From the NCBI GenBank assembly GCA_963665485.1, contig OY762227.1, positions 876,440 through 940,439 of the forward strand: DNA of 64,000 nt, given 5' to 3'. This DNA comes from Bacteroidales bacterium (lineage in GTDB: Bacteria > Bacteroidota > Bacteroidia > Bacteroidales > UBA4417). The position numbers and the translations under genes were made by a program. A model generated the notes under the pieces. It searched no databases and had not been told where the DNA came from. It saw only the letters and a program-made list of their open reading frames with translations. Positions 17,994 to 26,277 of this stretch are shown one piece after another (position 1 is the stretch's first letter; each line of letters opens with the position of its first letter).

Positions 17994-20188
17994 GTAGCTT
18001 TTATTTGAGTTTTATTAGATTGAAAACTGAATTCTTTAATGCAATTATCCTGGACTTTTATTGTGCTGTTGCTTTCGTTGCGGGATTTACCCCAAATGGT
18101 GACATCAATTCCTGATGTCAGTGTGATTGATCCGGTATCGAATATTGTATCGCTTGCTGAAACACCAACAGTATAAACAGCCTTAATATATGTAAAGAAA
18201 GGCGCAATAAAATCATGCATCCAGATGCGTGTTTTTTTATTCCTGATGGTACTGAGAGGCATTACATCCTTAACCGCAACAGCATCAGGGTTCACCAGAA
18301 ACACTTTATAGGCTGAAAGGTAAAAGTAGTAAAGCAGTGATTTCTTATCGCCGTAAAAAGCTGTAAAGTAAAACATGGAACCATCATTTACATAATAGGC
18401 AACCGATTCGGTAGTCTTACTGTAAAGGTATTTGGAGTTAAACGCATCCGTATAAGCATCCCATTTTTCAGTTATTTCAATCCCATTTTCGTTAACAAAA
18501 CTGTACGTGAGGCTTGTATCTGGCATAATATCGAATGCTGTTTTAAGCAAATTATTGGTCGAAATACCTGAAACCAGAGACTTTTCAGTTGGTACACAAA
18601 ATTGCTGGAGTGCTTTTTCTGTTTTCCCGTTCTGATGAAAGTAAGCAATAGGATAATAAATGGTTTTTGCGCCAAGCAGCGGAGTAGTCTGTACCTGGAA
18701 ATGCAGGTGAGGTTCGGGTGAGCGGCCTGAGTTACCACAGGAAGCCAGCAAATCACCTCGTTTTACATATTGTCCTTTCACTACTTTAAACGATCCTCTT
18801 TTCAGGTGTGACATCTGGGTATAAAGTCCGGGTAAATGCCTTATTATAATTGAATTACCCCAATTACTCGATGTATTCACTTTCCCGATCTCGTTATCAT
18901 CAATGGTATCAATTACTTCTTCTACAATGCCATCGGCGGGGGCAAGCACAGGTTTGTTATAACAATAATAGTTCTCGCAAAGCAGTCCGTTGGAACTATA
19001 TGTTTTCATTTTTTCGTCATAGATCATAAAATCGAGGGCTTTGCCCCAATCACCTTTATGGGTATATTCCCCATCGTATCCCTGGGTTACACTCCACTCG
19101 CCCCAGAAAGGCAGGTAAAGCGGAAAATAAAGAAACTGAGCGAGCCGGTCCTGGTTGTTTTTAAAGGTATAGAGGTTTATTTCGGGCGAGTAATATTGAA
19201 TCGGCGTAAGTTTTAATTTAGATGGATACACCCTTAACCTCAGGAAATAAACAAACAAGATCACCACAAATGAAAATGGTAGCGAAAAAACCGGCAACTG
19301 AACAAAGCCAAATAGCCTGGTCATAAACAGCAAAACCAGCGATGTAAGCGGAACCAGTAATACACTCCATAAATACGAATAGCCTGAAGGAATTATGAAA
19401 AAACCTCCGATAGCAATGGCTACCATGATGTAGTTAGCTCCAATATTGTAATACGTGATACTCGCTGCTTCTGAGCCTGAGAACTGGGCAAACACGTAGG
19501 CTGAAAGAAATCCCAGAATTGATAATGAAAATGCAATCCGCGAACTCAGCAGGAGTATTATTGAAATTACTATACCGGCAATGAGATTACTTTGAAAAAA
19601 TATGGAACTCATCGACCGGAGATAAATATCCAGCATTTTGTTAATCGGCAGCGAATCAATGGTTTGAAAAAAGTTGAGCATGGAACTGCCACCAATGGCA
19701 TACACTTCATTCATCCAGTATATGTTACGTTGCGTTAATCCCAGGTTTTCAAATTGTGAGGCGGGAAGAACAATAAACCAGAATGTAATTACAAATGGAA
19801 TACTAAGAAATGGTAAGCCATTCTTACCAAGCCATCCCCCCAAAGTAACCGAAAGTATAAGCGTTAATAATGCGGCAATCAACAACAGACTAAAAAAAAC
19901 ATACCCTGCGTCAAAGAATGTTCCCATTCCCATCCCGGTTAATAAAGCATTGAAACTATAGATCCCGTTTTTAAGCTGAGCCTTATCCAATCCCATTGAG
20001 TTAGCCAGAAGTACAGTGACCACAACAGCAATTAAACCGCTTAACCCGGCATAAAAGTTGAAAAATGTAACCAACAACAGAACAGATGCCAGTAACTTAT
20101 TGTTGAAAAAGAAGATGGCAGAATAACTGTTCAGGATGGCCGGCAGGATAGTATTGCGGAAAGTATCAATATATTGGCGGGTGGGCAT
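17978..20188 (-). CDS. urea-transporter (UT)-like polytopic membrane domain fused to an M23 metallopeptidase domain
   Basis: 736 aa. The N-terminal ~340 aa is polytopic and opens with a UT-family-like block (LNSYSAIFFFNNKLLA...GLSGLIAVV). The central region carries an M23/LytM signature (GNSGRSPEPHLHFQV, upstream HKGDWGKALDF). Confidence 0.78.
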   Translation of the reverse strand: MPTRQYIDTFRNTILPAILNSYSAIFFFNNKLLASVLLLVTFFNFYAGLSGLIAVVVTVLLANSMGLDKAQLKNGIYSFNALLTGMGMGTFFDAGYVFFSLLLIAALLTLILSVTLGGWLGKNGLPFLSIPFVITFWFIVLPASQFENLGLTQRNIYWMNEVYAIGGSSMLNFFQTIDSLPINKMLDIYLRSMSSIFFQSNLIAGIVISIILLLSSRIAFSLSILGFLSAYVFAQFSGSEAASITYYNIGANYIMVAIAIGGFFIIPSGYSYLWSVLLVPLTSLVLLFMTRLFGFVQLPVFSLPFSFVVILFVYFLRLRVYPSKLKLTPIQYYSPEINLYTFKNNQDRLAQFLYFPLYLPFWGEWSVTQGYDGEYTHKGDWGKALDFMIYDEKMKTYSSNGLLCENYYCYNKPVLAPADGIVEEVIDTIDDNEIGKVNTSSNWGNSIIIRHLPGLYTQMSHLKRGSFKVVKGQYVKRGDLLASCGNSGRSPEPHLHFQVQTTPLLGAKTIYYPIAYFHQNGKTEKALQQFCVPTEKSLVSGISTNNLLKTAFDIMPDTSLTYSFVNENGIEITEKWDAYTDAFNSKYLYSKTTESVAYYVNDGSMFYFTAFYGDKKSLLYYFYLSAYKVFLVNPDAVAVKDVMPLSTIRNKKTRIWMHDFIAPFFTYIKAVYTVGVSASDTIFDTGSITLTSGIDVTIWGKSRNESNSTIKVQDNCIKEFSFQSNKTQIKATCINS

Positions 20189-20226
20189 ATCGGGAGTGTT
20201 AAAGGAAAGTTCGTTACAGGTTAATA

Positions 20227-20279
20227 GTTTCTGGTTTCAAGTTTCTGGTTTCAAGTTTCTGGTTTCAAGTTTCTGGTTT
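20227..20279. repeat. 14-bp tandem repeat, about 3.8 copies (GTTTCTGGTTTCAA)
   Basis: Three perfect units (20227-20268) plus 11 matching bases. It sits 39 nt upstream of the UT-M23 start codon. The unit length is not a multiple of 3 and the repeat is intergenic. Confidence 0.95.
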
Positions 20280-20357
20280 TCTGAGTTCAGGATTCGAATG
20301 TTTTAGTTCACTATTTTCTACTTTCCCATTTTTAAAACCATACTTCATTTCTTCCTT

Positions 20358-20588
20358 TTACTGCCGGTACATTCTGAAAATTTCTTTCCTGGTCGGGCAG
20401 GTACAAATGAATGAATCTCCGAAAGACATTTTGTAATAGCAAGGTGACTTTTCAATGTTCTCAATGAAATGTACATTATGGTTGATGCAACTTTCCACTT
20501 TACAATAAACATGTTTATCGCTGTTCAGGCAATCAAAATTCTTGTGACATTTAAAAGTACCTGCAACTATCCGCTTGTCGATTTCCAT
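20358..20588 (-). CDS. small Cys-rich protein (76 aa), unknown function
   Basis: Seven Cys (C14, C20, C29, C34, C50, C62, C64), including a CTC pair. No signal peptide. Lies between the decarboxylase and the UT-M23 gene. Confidence 0.6.
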   Translation of the reverse strand: MEIDKRIVAGTFKCHKNFDCLNSDKHVYCKVESCINHNVHFIENIEKSPCYYKMSFGDSFICTCPTRKEIFRMYRQ

Positions 20589-20704
20589 TTGAAATGGTTT
20601 AATTCATCAGTTTATAAGCACTACATTAATCATTTACAATTGCCATCAACTTTTTGTTGCGGGGTAAGAGACTGAGACAGTGAAAATAACCATTTTAACT
20701 GAAG

Positions 20705-22051
20705 TTACCTCAGATATTCCGGAATCTGCTCATTCGAAAGCATATTCTCAAGTGTTTCGGCTTTCCGTATCACGTGAGTATTGTTTTCATTGTCAATTAA
20801 AACAATATTGGGCCGCAAGGTTATAAACTGCATCCATTGAGTCATATTGTAAGCGCCTACTTTATGCACAACCACGTGATTTCCCTTTTCGAGTAAAGGC
20901 AAAGTTATGCTTTCGCGAATGATGTCGATATTCATGCAAAGCGGACCGTACAAAACCATTTCTTCGGTATGCTGGCCGTAGGATTGAGTTGTGCTGATCT
21001 GGTGATCGTACCAGAAAGCCGTGAACAAAGTGTTAACGCCAAAATCGAGTATGGTAGCTCTCCGACCGTCCGAAAGCCGTTTGTTTGCCAAAACAGTTCC
21101 CAGTAAAAAACCTGCATCATCAATAAGAACGCGACCCGATTCAAGAATCAGTAAAGGCAGGTCTTCCTGTTTGAAACCATAGCCAAGAATTACATCTGTA
21201 ATTGCGTCGGCAAACTGGTCGATGGAAGGAACTGTATCGGAACCAGGCAGATAAGCACCTTTCAGCGTATTTGTTGAAGGAAAACCTCCGCCAAGGTCAA
21301 TATATTGAAGGACCTTATTGAATTTCTCTTTCACGCTCCATGTTAATTCGCACATTTTTGTGGCTGCCGTAGAATATGCCGATGGCGAAAGCATGAAAGT
21401 TCCGATATGGCAATGAAGCCCGACCAGGTCGAGATTTTCGGAATTGATAATACGGGTAATGGCTGTCCATGCCTGACCGTTTTCGAAGTTAAAACCAAAC
21501 CTATCCCATTTTGGATAAATGCCGGTATCCATATTTACGCGGATGGCTACGCGGGGTTTCAGGTTATTTTCTTCACTCAGTCTGATAAGCGAATAAAGTT
21601 CGTCGAAATGATCGATATGAATAAGCGAATTGTTGCGTGCGGCGGTAACAAGTTGTTCATCAGTTTTGTCGGGACCATTGAAAATGATTTTGTTTCCCGG
21701 GACTCCGTTGTTAAGCGCTTTCTCGTATTCAAATCCGGAAACCACTTCGGCCCATGAGCCTTCCTGGTGAAATATCCGGCAAACGGCATCCATATAATTG
21801 GTTTTATACGACCACGCAAACTGAACTTTTGGATAACGGGTTTTAAAAATCCGAGTCGCATTCTGATAATTCCGCCGGATTTGTTTCTCCGAAAGCACAA
21901 ATAACGGTGAACCATATTCATTAATCAGGCTTTTTACCGGTATGCTTTCGATGTGGGTTACAGGAATATTTTCAGTGCGGGTACCGAATTTGTTCATAAG
22001 CCCGGTACTCATTTTCTGAATTATTGGTCTTTCGTATCTTAGTTTATCCAT
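20705..22051 (-). CDS. fold-type III PLP-dependent decarboxylase (Orn/DAP/Arg decarboxylase family)
   Basis: Lys motif WSYKTNY, HCHIGT, DLGGGF, ESGR and GPLC (active-site Cys) blocks follow the LysA/ODC layout. It has an extra ~35-aa N-terminal extension. Confidence 0.88.
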   Translation of the reverse strand: MDKLRYERPIIQKMSTGLMNKFGTRTENIPVTHIESIPVKSLINEYGSPLFVLSEKQIRRNYQNATRIFKTRYPKVQFAWSYKTNYMDAVCRIFHQEGSWAEVVSGFEYEKALNNGVPGNKIIFNGPDKTDEQLVTAARNNSLIHIDHFDELYSLIRLSEENNLKPRVAIRVNMDTGIYPKWDRFGFNFENGQAWTAITRIINSENLDLVGLHCHIGTFMLSPSAYSTAATKMCELTWSVKEKFNKVLQYIDLGGGFPSTNTLKGAYLPGSDTVPSIDQFADAITDVILGYGFKQEDLPLLILESGRVLIDDAGFLLGTVLANKRLSDGRRATILDFGVNTLFTAFWYDHQISTTQSYGQHTEEMVLYGPLCMNIDIIRESITLPLLEKGNHVVVHKVGAYNMTQWMQFITLRPNIVLIDNENNTHVIRKAETLENMLSNEQIPEYLR

Positions 22052-22152
22052 GGATTTGTAAAATTATTAATGTTGAATGAGCTTCACCTGCGGCAAATTA
22101 CTCATTTAATTAAATATGAGTGAATATGAAGCTGATGATGATCCGGATGTTT

Positions 22153-22209
22153 TCAAAAAAAGTAAAATCAGGGTGCATTTATACTATCTGTTTGTTTGCA
22201 CCCTGATTT
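22153..22209 (-). terminator. intrinsic terminator after the DUF2202 gene
   Basis: A 12-bp stem (aatcagggtgca / tgcaccctgatt) is followed on the minus strand by a T-run (plus-strand aaaaaaa at 22154-22160). Confidence 0.72.
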
Positions 22210-22215
22210 GAAATC

Positions 22216-22965
22216 TTAATTTGTACAAACACCACTTCCGGTTTCGTTAGTATTTGCAATTATCTCATTAAAATACTCCAGGCTAATATACTGTGGTGTA
22301 TAAGTTGCAGCTTTTACCTTTAATTGTCTGTTGAAAGCCCGCATGTGATTTCGTGATCCTCTTTCGAGATTTCCAAATACAAACAGTATGTCCTGGTTAT
22401 CAATATCGGTAGTAATGTGTGTGTGTAAATCATAAATATCAAGGTCTTCGATGGTTGCTCCGACAGTAAAAGCCGAAATCAATGAAGTGCTTCCTTTGGC
22501 CACCAGGCTGTTATAGATTGCCTGAAGGGTTGTATTTACAAATACACCGCCTGTATGATTCACAGCAGGATCTGAAAGGCCATATTTAAGCAACAATGTT
22601 TCAACAGCCTTTGCATGTTGTGTTTCGCTTTTCGAAATATTATTGAAAACCGGTACATTGTAAATGGAGAATAACAACACATACACATCCTTCGCAAGGA
22701 GTTCTTCCTCGCGCATAGTGGTGAGAGCCTCAATTTCGGCTGCCGACAATGCTTCAACCGGTAAGGCATTGATACAACTATCAACCCATATGGCATCGGC
22801 ACGGCCTACGGTTTTTTCAATAATAGCATCATGTTGATCGGCAACATATTCTTCGGCTGTGTCCTTCGAACAACTACCTAACTGCATTGATCCGATCATT
22901 ACTGATACAAGGAACAATATTCTTAATCCTTTATTTTTCATCTTATTAAGTTTTATTTTTTGCAT
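22216..22965 (-). CDS. DUF2202 ferritin-like lipoprotein
   Basis: Lipobox QLGSC. LSAAEIEALTTMREEELLAKDVY...SETQHAKAVETLLLKYG matches the DUF2202 pattern. Confidence 0.82.
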   Translation of the reverse strand: MQKIKLNKMKNKGLRILFLVSVMIGSMQLGSCSKDTAEEYVADQHDAIIEKTVGRADAIWVDSCINALPVEALSAAEIEALTTMREEELLAKDVYVLLFSIYNVPVFNNISKSETQHAKAVETLLLKYGLSDPAVNHTGGVFVNTTLQAIYNSLVAKGSTSLISAFTVGATIEDLDIYDLHTHITTDIDNQDILFVFGNLERGSRNHMRAFNRQLKVKAATYTPQYISLEYFNEIIANTNETGSGVCTN

Positions 22966-23269
22966 TTGTAATTTGCATGCTTCGATTCCGAGTTTGCTTT
23001 AAACTATGAGCGCATGTTAAACCCATATTCCAATTCATTTTATAATTACTAATCTTTTGTATTAATCCTGGTTGATTCCATGTTGACTTTTATTAACTGA
23101 AAAGTGCCGGCAGGAATCATCGGTTCACCATAGGTGTGTTCACGGGAAGCCACATTTACTGCAATTTTTAGTACAATGAGTATACATTCTAATTTAGTTT
23201 TTATATGATAAATTATCTATTAAAAGATATTCAGCCTATTAGTTTTCAGCTTCAGGATTTTATAAATGA

Positions 23270-24346
23270 CTAGAGTTCTCCTGTTCCCGATATTTTCTGG
23301 AATTCACTCACATCAGTGATCAGATCCCATGCATAGCGTATAAACATCTTACCCACTTTGTATTCGGTGAAAGGCTCAACTTCCTGACCCATAGCCATTT
23401 TCACCAATGAGGCCGGCTGGTTTTGTCCGGCTGCCGCTGTTAAATATATCCAGGCAGGAAACCGGGGATTAACTTCCATGATATAAGGCTTCCCATCTTC
23501 CGACTGCATAATTTCGAGTTCACAGCCACCACGCCATTTGGTTACTTTAATAAACTTACGGGCGAGTTCTACATAGGATGAATCATCAATCGTAATCCCT
23601 GACCATGCTTTACCTTTATCAGTTATGTAAAGTTTTCGCATTGGTATTACGCTGATTGCTTTTCCTTCGCCATCACCCAAAGCGGCAACATTGATTTCAG
23701 TACCGTTGATAAACTCCTGTACAATAATAGGCAGCCCCCATTTTGCCTGTAATTTATAAAAAGCTTTCTGGGCCTGCTCCAAAGTATTTACAATAATAGC
23801 ATCGTAAAATTTCCCTTTTATTACCATTGGGTAGCCTATTTCTTCAGCAGTTTCTTCGAGGTCTTTAGCCTGATGGATAATTTTATCGGCAGGCACAAGT
23901 AAGCCATTCTTTTTGCCGAATTCGTACAGCTTAACCTTGTCGCGGGCTTCAAACTGATCCAGATCAGGCAGAAATGTGTGTATCCCGGTTTCGGCCAGTT
24001 TATCTCTTAGTTTGATAAAATTAAAAAGTTCCGCATCAAAATTCGGGATGATCAGATCAATTTTTTCAATCTTGTGAATATACATTAACCTGGCCATGAG
24101 TGTATCAGTTCCGGCTGATGGATAAGGAATCTGATACGTTTTATCAACCAGGTCGTGCATGTAGGCGCCAGGTTCAAGCGATTCGTACGCCAGCCCGATA
24201 ATGCGCAAATTAAAATCGTGGCAATCGCGTATGGCTCGTATTACGGCCACACCTGGTCCGGGGCTGTCGATAGCATTGAGCCCGGTAACAGCGATTACGA
24301 GTTGTTTATTGTTGAAATTGTTAGTATCTGTGGCTTGTGCTTTCAT
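23270..24346 (-). CDS. ATP-grasp domain ligase
   Basis: 358 aa. YPMVIKGKF..., IVQEFINGTE and MEVNPRFPAW blocks are typical of the ATP-grasp fold (biotin-carboxylase/PurK-like arrangement). Confidence 0.88.
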   Translation of the reverse strand: MKAQATDTNNFNNKQLVIAVTGLNAIDSPGPGVAVIRAIRDCHDFNLRIIGLAYESLEPGAYMHDLVDKTYQIPYPSAGTDTLMARLMYIHKIEKIDLIIPNFDAELFNFIKLRDKLAETGIHTFLPDLDQFEARDKVKLYEFGKKNGLLVPADKIIHQAKDLEETAEEIGYPMVIKGKFYDAIIVNTLEQAQKAFYKLQAKWGLPIIVQEFINGTEINVAALGDGEGKAISVIPMRKLYITDKGKAWSGITIDDSSYVELARKFIKVTKWRGGCELEIMQSEDGKPYIMEVNPRFPAWIYLTAAAGQNQPASLVKMAMGQEVEPFTEYKVGKMFIRYAWDLITDVSEFQKISGTGEL

Positions 24347-24497
24347 CAGGATTGTTTTGTATTTCAGGTTATTGACCTGCCAGGTGATTTGTGATTATTT
24401 TATGTGGTAATTGCATAAGGTGGTTTTTAGTTTTTTATCAATTAATTTTTTCACCACCCGGGCTGTATTAATTGCTGATTCTACTATTATGCTTATT

Positions 24498-25298
24498 TCA
24501 TTTGCTGACTGCAAGTTTAAAAGATTTTGATTTATATGTATTTGACTCAATTCTATAAATATATATCCCGGCAGGTAGTTCACTTGTTTTCACCAGGATT
24601 GAATTGAATGTATGGTCAATAGTATACGACTTTACCATTTCCCCGCTCATAGCATAGAGTTTCAATTCCGCCTGCCTGACATTGGATGGCAATGAATAGG
24701 GAATTGTGACTTCGTTGCTGGCAGGGTTTGGATATGCGCTGCTCAGCGAACTTTTAAGTTCCTCCGGGGATCCTGTCGTTAATGGGTTTAACTTGCCCGG
24801 GATGGAATAAACCATTGTGTTTACAGTTTCCGGGAATACTGAAAAGTCATAAATCCACATAAATAATTTTGAACCGGTTTCTGCCGGATAGATGTATGAG
24901 TAACCGGCGTAAGGCATACTTAACAATATTGTTCCGTTTTCATTTACGATTCGGGTATCGTAAGTATAGTATTTAAGAGTTGTATTGTAATTACACGAAA
25001 CATAAAGCATCTCAATCAAATTATCGGTATTGAAAAGATCTTCAGTAACAAACTGTATATCGCAGAGGTAATAATTGGCCGGAATGCTAAGATTTAAGGT
25101 CTTCCAAATTGAATGATCATTATTATAAAGTCGGCACTGCGTGTTAGCTACATCCATTACATAATATTTGTATCCAGCTAATGGAAGGTGAATATAAGCT
25201 GCAGAAACTCCTGTGTAAGTATGCTCATAGGAGATTTGAGCCGAGGAGCGAAATGCAAAAAAAACAAAAACCGAAATAAAAAATGCAATTTGTTTCAT
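24498..25298 (-). CDS. secreted protein with T9SS type-A C-terminal sorting domain
   Basis: Signal peptide. The C-terminal ~80 aa (AYPNPASNEVTIPYSL...AGIYIYRIESNTYKSKSFKLAVSK) matches the Por_Secre_tail pattern. Confidence 0.85.
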   Translation of the reverse strand: MKQIAFFISVFVFFAFRSSAQISYEHTYTGVSAAYIHLPLAGYKYYVMDVANTQCRLYNNDHSIWKTLNLSIPANYYLCDIQFVTEDLFNTDNLIEMLYVSCNYNTTLKYYTYDTRIVNENGTILLSMPYAGYSYIYPAETGSKLFMWIYDFSVFPETVNTMVYSIPGKLNPLTTGSPEELKSSLSSAYPNPASNEVTIPYSLPSNVRQAELKLYAMSGEMVKSYTIDHTFNSILVKTSELPAGIYIYRIESNTYKSKSFKLAVSK

Positions 25299-25446
25299 AG
25301 CAAAGGGATTTAATGTAATAAGTAATCGTATCGGGATTAGTTTTTATTTATTGCTTTGAAAGCCTGATTTTACCAGGCTATATTTGATATCAGGATTTTT
25401 CTTTCATTTTTAAAGAAATCGATGGTCATCTTCCATCCTGAATAAC

Positions 25447-25686
25447 CTATTCAAGAATAGATGCTTCCTTTAACTGAGACACAAAGTCATCAAGATCTTT
25501 TTCGAACTGCACCTCATCCACATCATACTTTTCACACATATGGGCTTTAATTGCGCTTACATTATTATCTTCTTTCAGCAAATTGATAATTTCAGCTCCA
25601 ATGGGGTTTGTTGAAAATGAATCGCCTGTACCTGGATTAAAAATAAATCCTTCTTCGCTGCTTGCTATATTTTTTCGGAGTTTCAT
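25447..25686 (-). CDS. PqqD-family (RRE-type peptide chaperone) protein
   Basis: 79 aa. GFIFNPGTGDSFSTNPIGAEIINLLKED...AIKAHMCEKYDVDEVQFEKDLDDFVSQLKEASIL follows the PqqD pattern (beta strands followed by a helical bundle). Confidence 0.78.
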   Translation of the reverse strand: MKLRKNIASSEEGFIFNPGTGDSFSTNPIGAEIINLLKEDNNVSAIKAHMCEKYDVDEVQFEKDLDDFVSQLKEASILE

Positions 25687-26003
25687 TGTAGTAATGTTTT
25701 AAATGTAGTGAGAGATGCTTTTGCCAGATGTACTTATTTCAATTTGCAATTATGAATCATGGCATATTCCATCTTTCCCAAATCAAACTAGATGTTAATA
25801 CGATGAAACAAAGATAATCTGATGAATTGCGCTATAAAAATGAATTCAGCAAAATGCCTGTTACGATAAGTGGAAAGGAATATTTGACAGGTAAACAGGA
25901 TACACTTTATTTACCTGATTTCCATGACGATTAATTCTGAAGATTTTCTTTGTATAAAACCCCTTGAAAAAAAAGAATGCAAAATTTCAGAATATTGAAA
26001 ACC

Positions 26004-26036
26004 GGCCACTGGTTTTTGACTGTTAAAGTGTCAAAA
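26004..26036 (-). repeat. 33-nt conserved intergenic motif, copy 3
   Basis: ggccactggtttttgactgttaaagtgtcaaaa. The reverse complement ttttgacactttaacagtcaaaaaccagtggcc aligns with copies 1 and 2. This copy contains the perfect palindrome TTTTGAC-N9-GTCAAAA. Confidence 0.75.
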
Positions 26037-26277
26037 TCAGCGATGCAGAAATGTAGAATCATTTACCCAACAGAGCCTTGCTAACCCGAAACATGTTTCT
26101 GTCAAATAATAAAAAAATCTTTGTCATTAAATCACTTTAAACGTTCTAAATTATATGATCCCATCGGCCACACTATAACTCTACCTCATTGAAGTAGACA
26201 AATGAAGATAGAAAGAGTGACGAATAGAATTTTTATAATTTTGAAAGAATATAGTCATCCTGCAAATAAATATTCCC

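Noticed and set aside
20227-20279. Possible CRISPR array (also considered for the 55.1-57.3 kb repeats)
   Set aside because: The 14-bp units are directly adjacent with no spacers. The 55-57 kb units are about 190 bp long and carry promoter and terminator features. No cas genes are in the window.
22990-23060. Possible degenerate fourth copy of the 33-nt motif upstream of the intact DUF2202 gene (cctggttgattccatgttgactttt)
   Set aside because: Only the CTGGTT and TGTTGAC fragments match, and the alignment needs a 5-nt gap. It cannot be distinguished from chance by eye.
24395-24583. 62-aa minus-strand ORF overlapping the 3' end of the T9SS-sorted protein gene
   Set aside because: It is in a different frame overlapping a gene with a clear C-terminal sorting domain. 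It is more likely a chance ORF in AT-rich DNA. I considered it as a possible precursor peptide, but nothing supports that.
25299-25446. Short ORFs (8 and 19 codons) and a weak hairpin (agcctg-N7-caggct) just downstream of the PqqD gene
   Set aside because: The hairpin lacks a following T-run. The ORFs have no distinctive composition, and conservation cannot be assessed from a single sequence.
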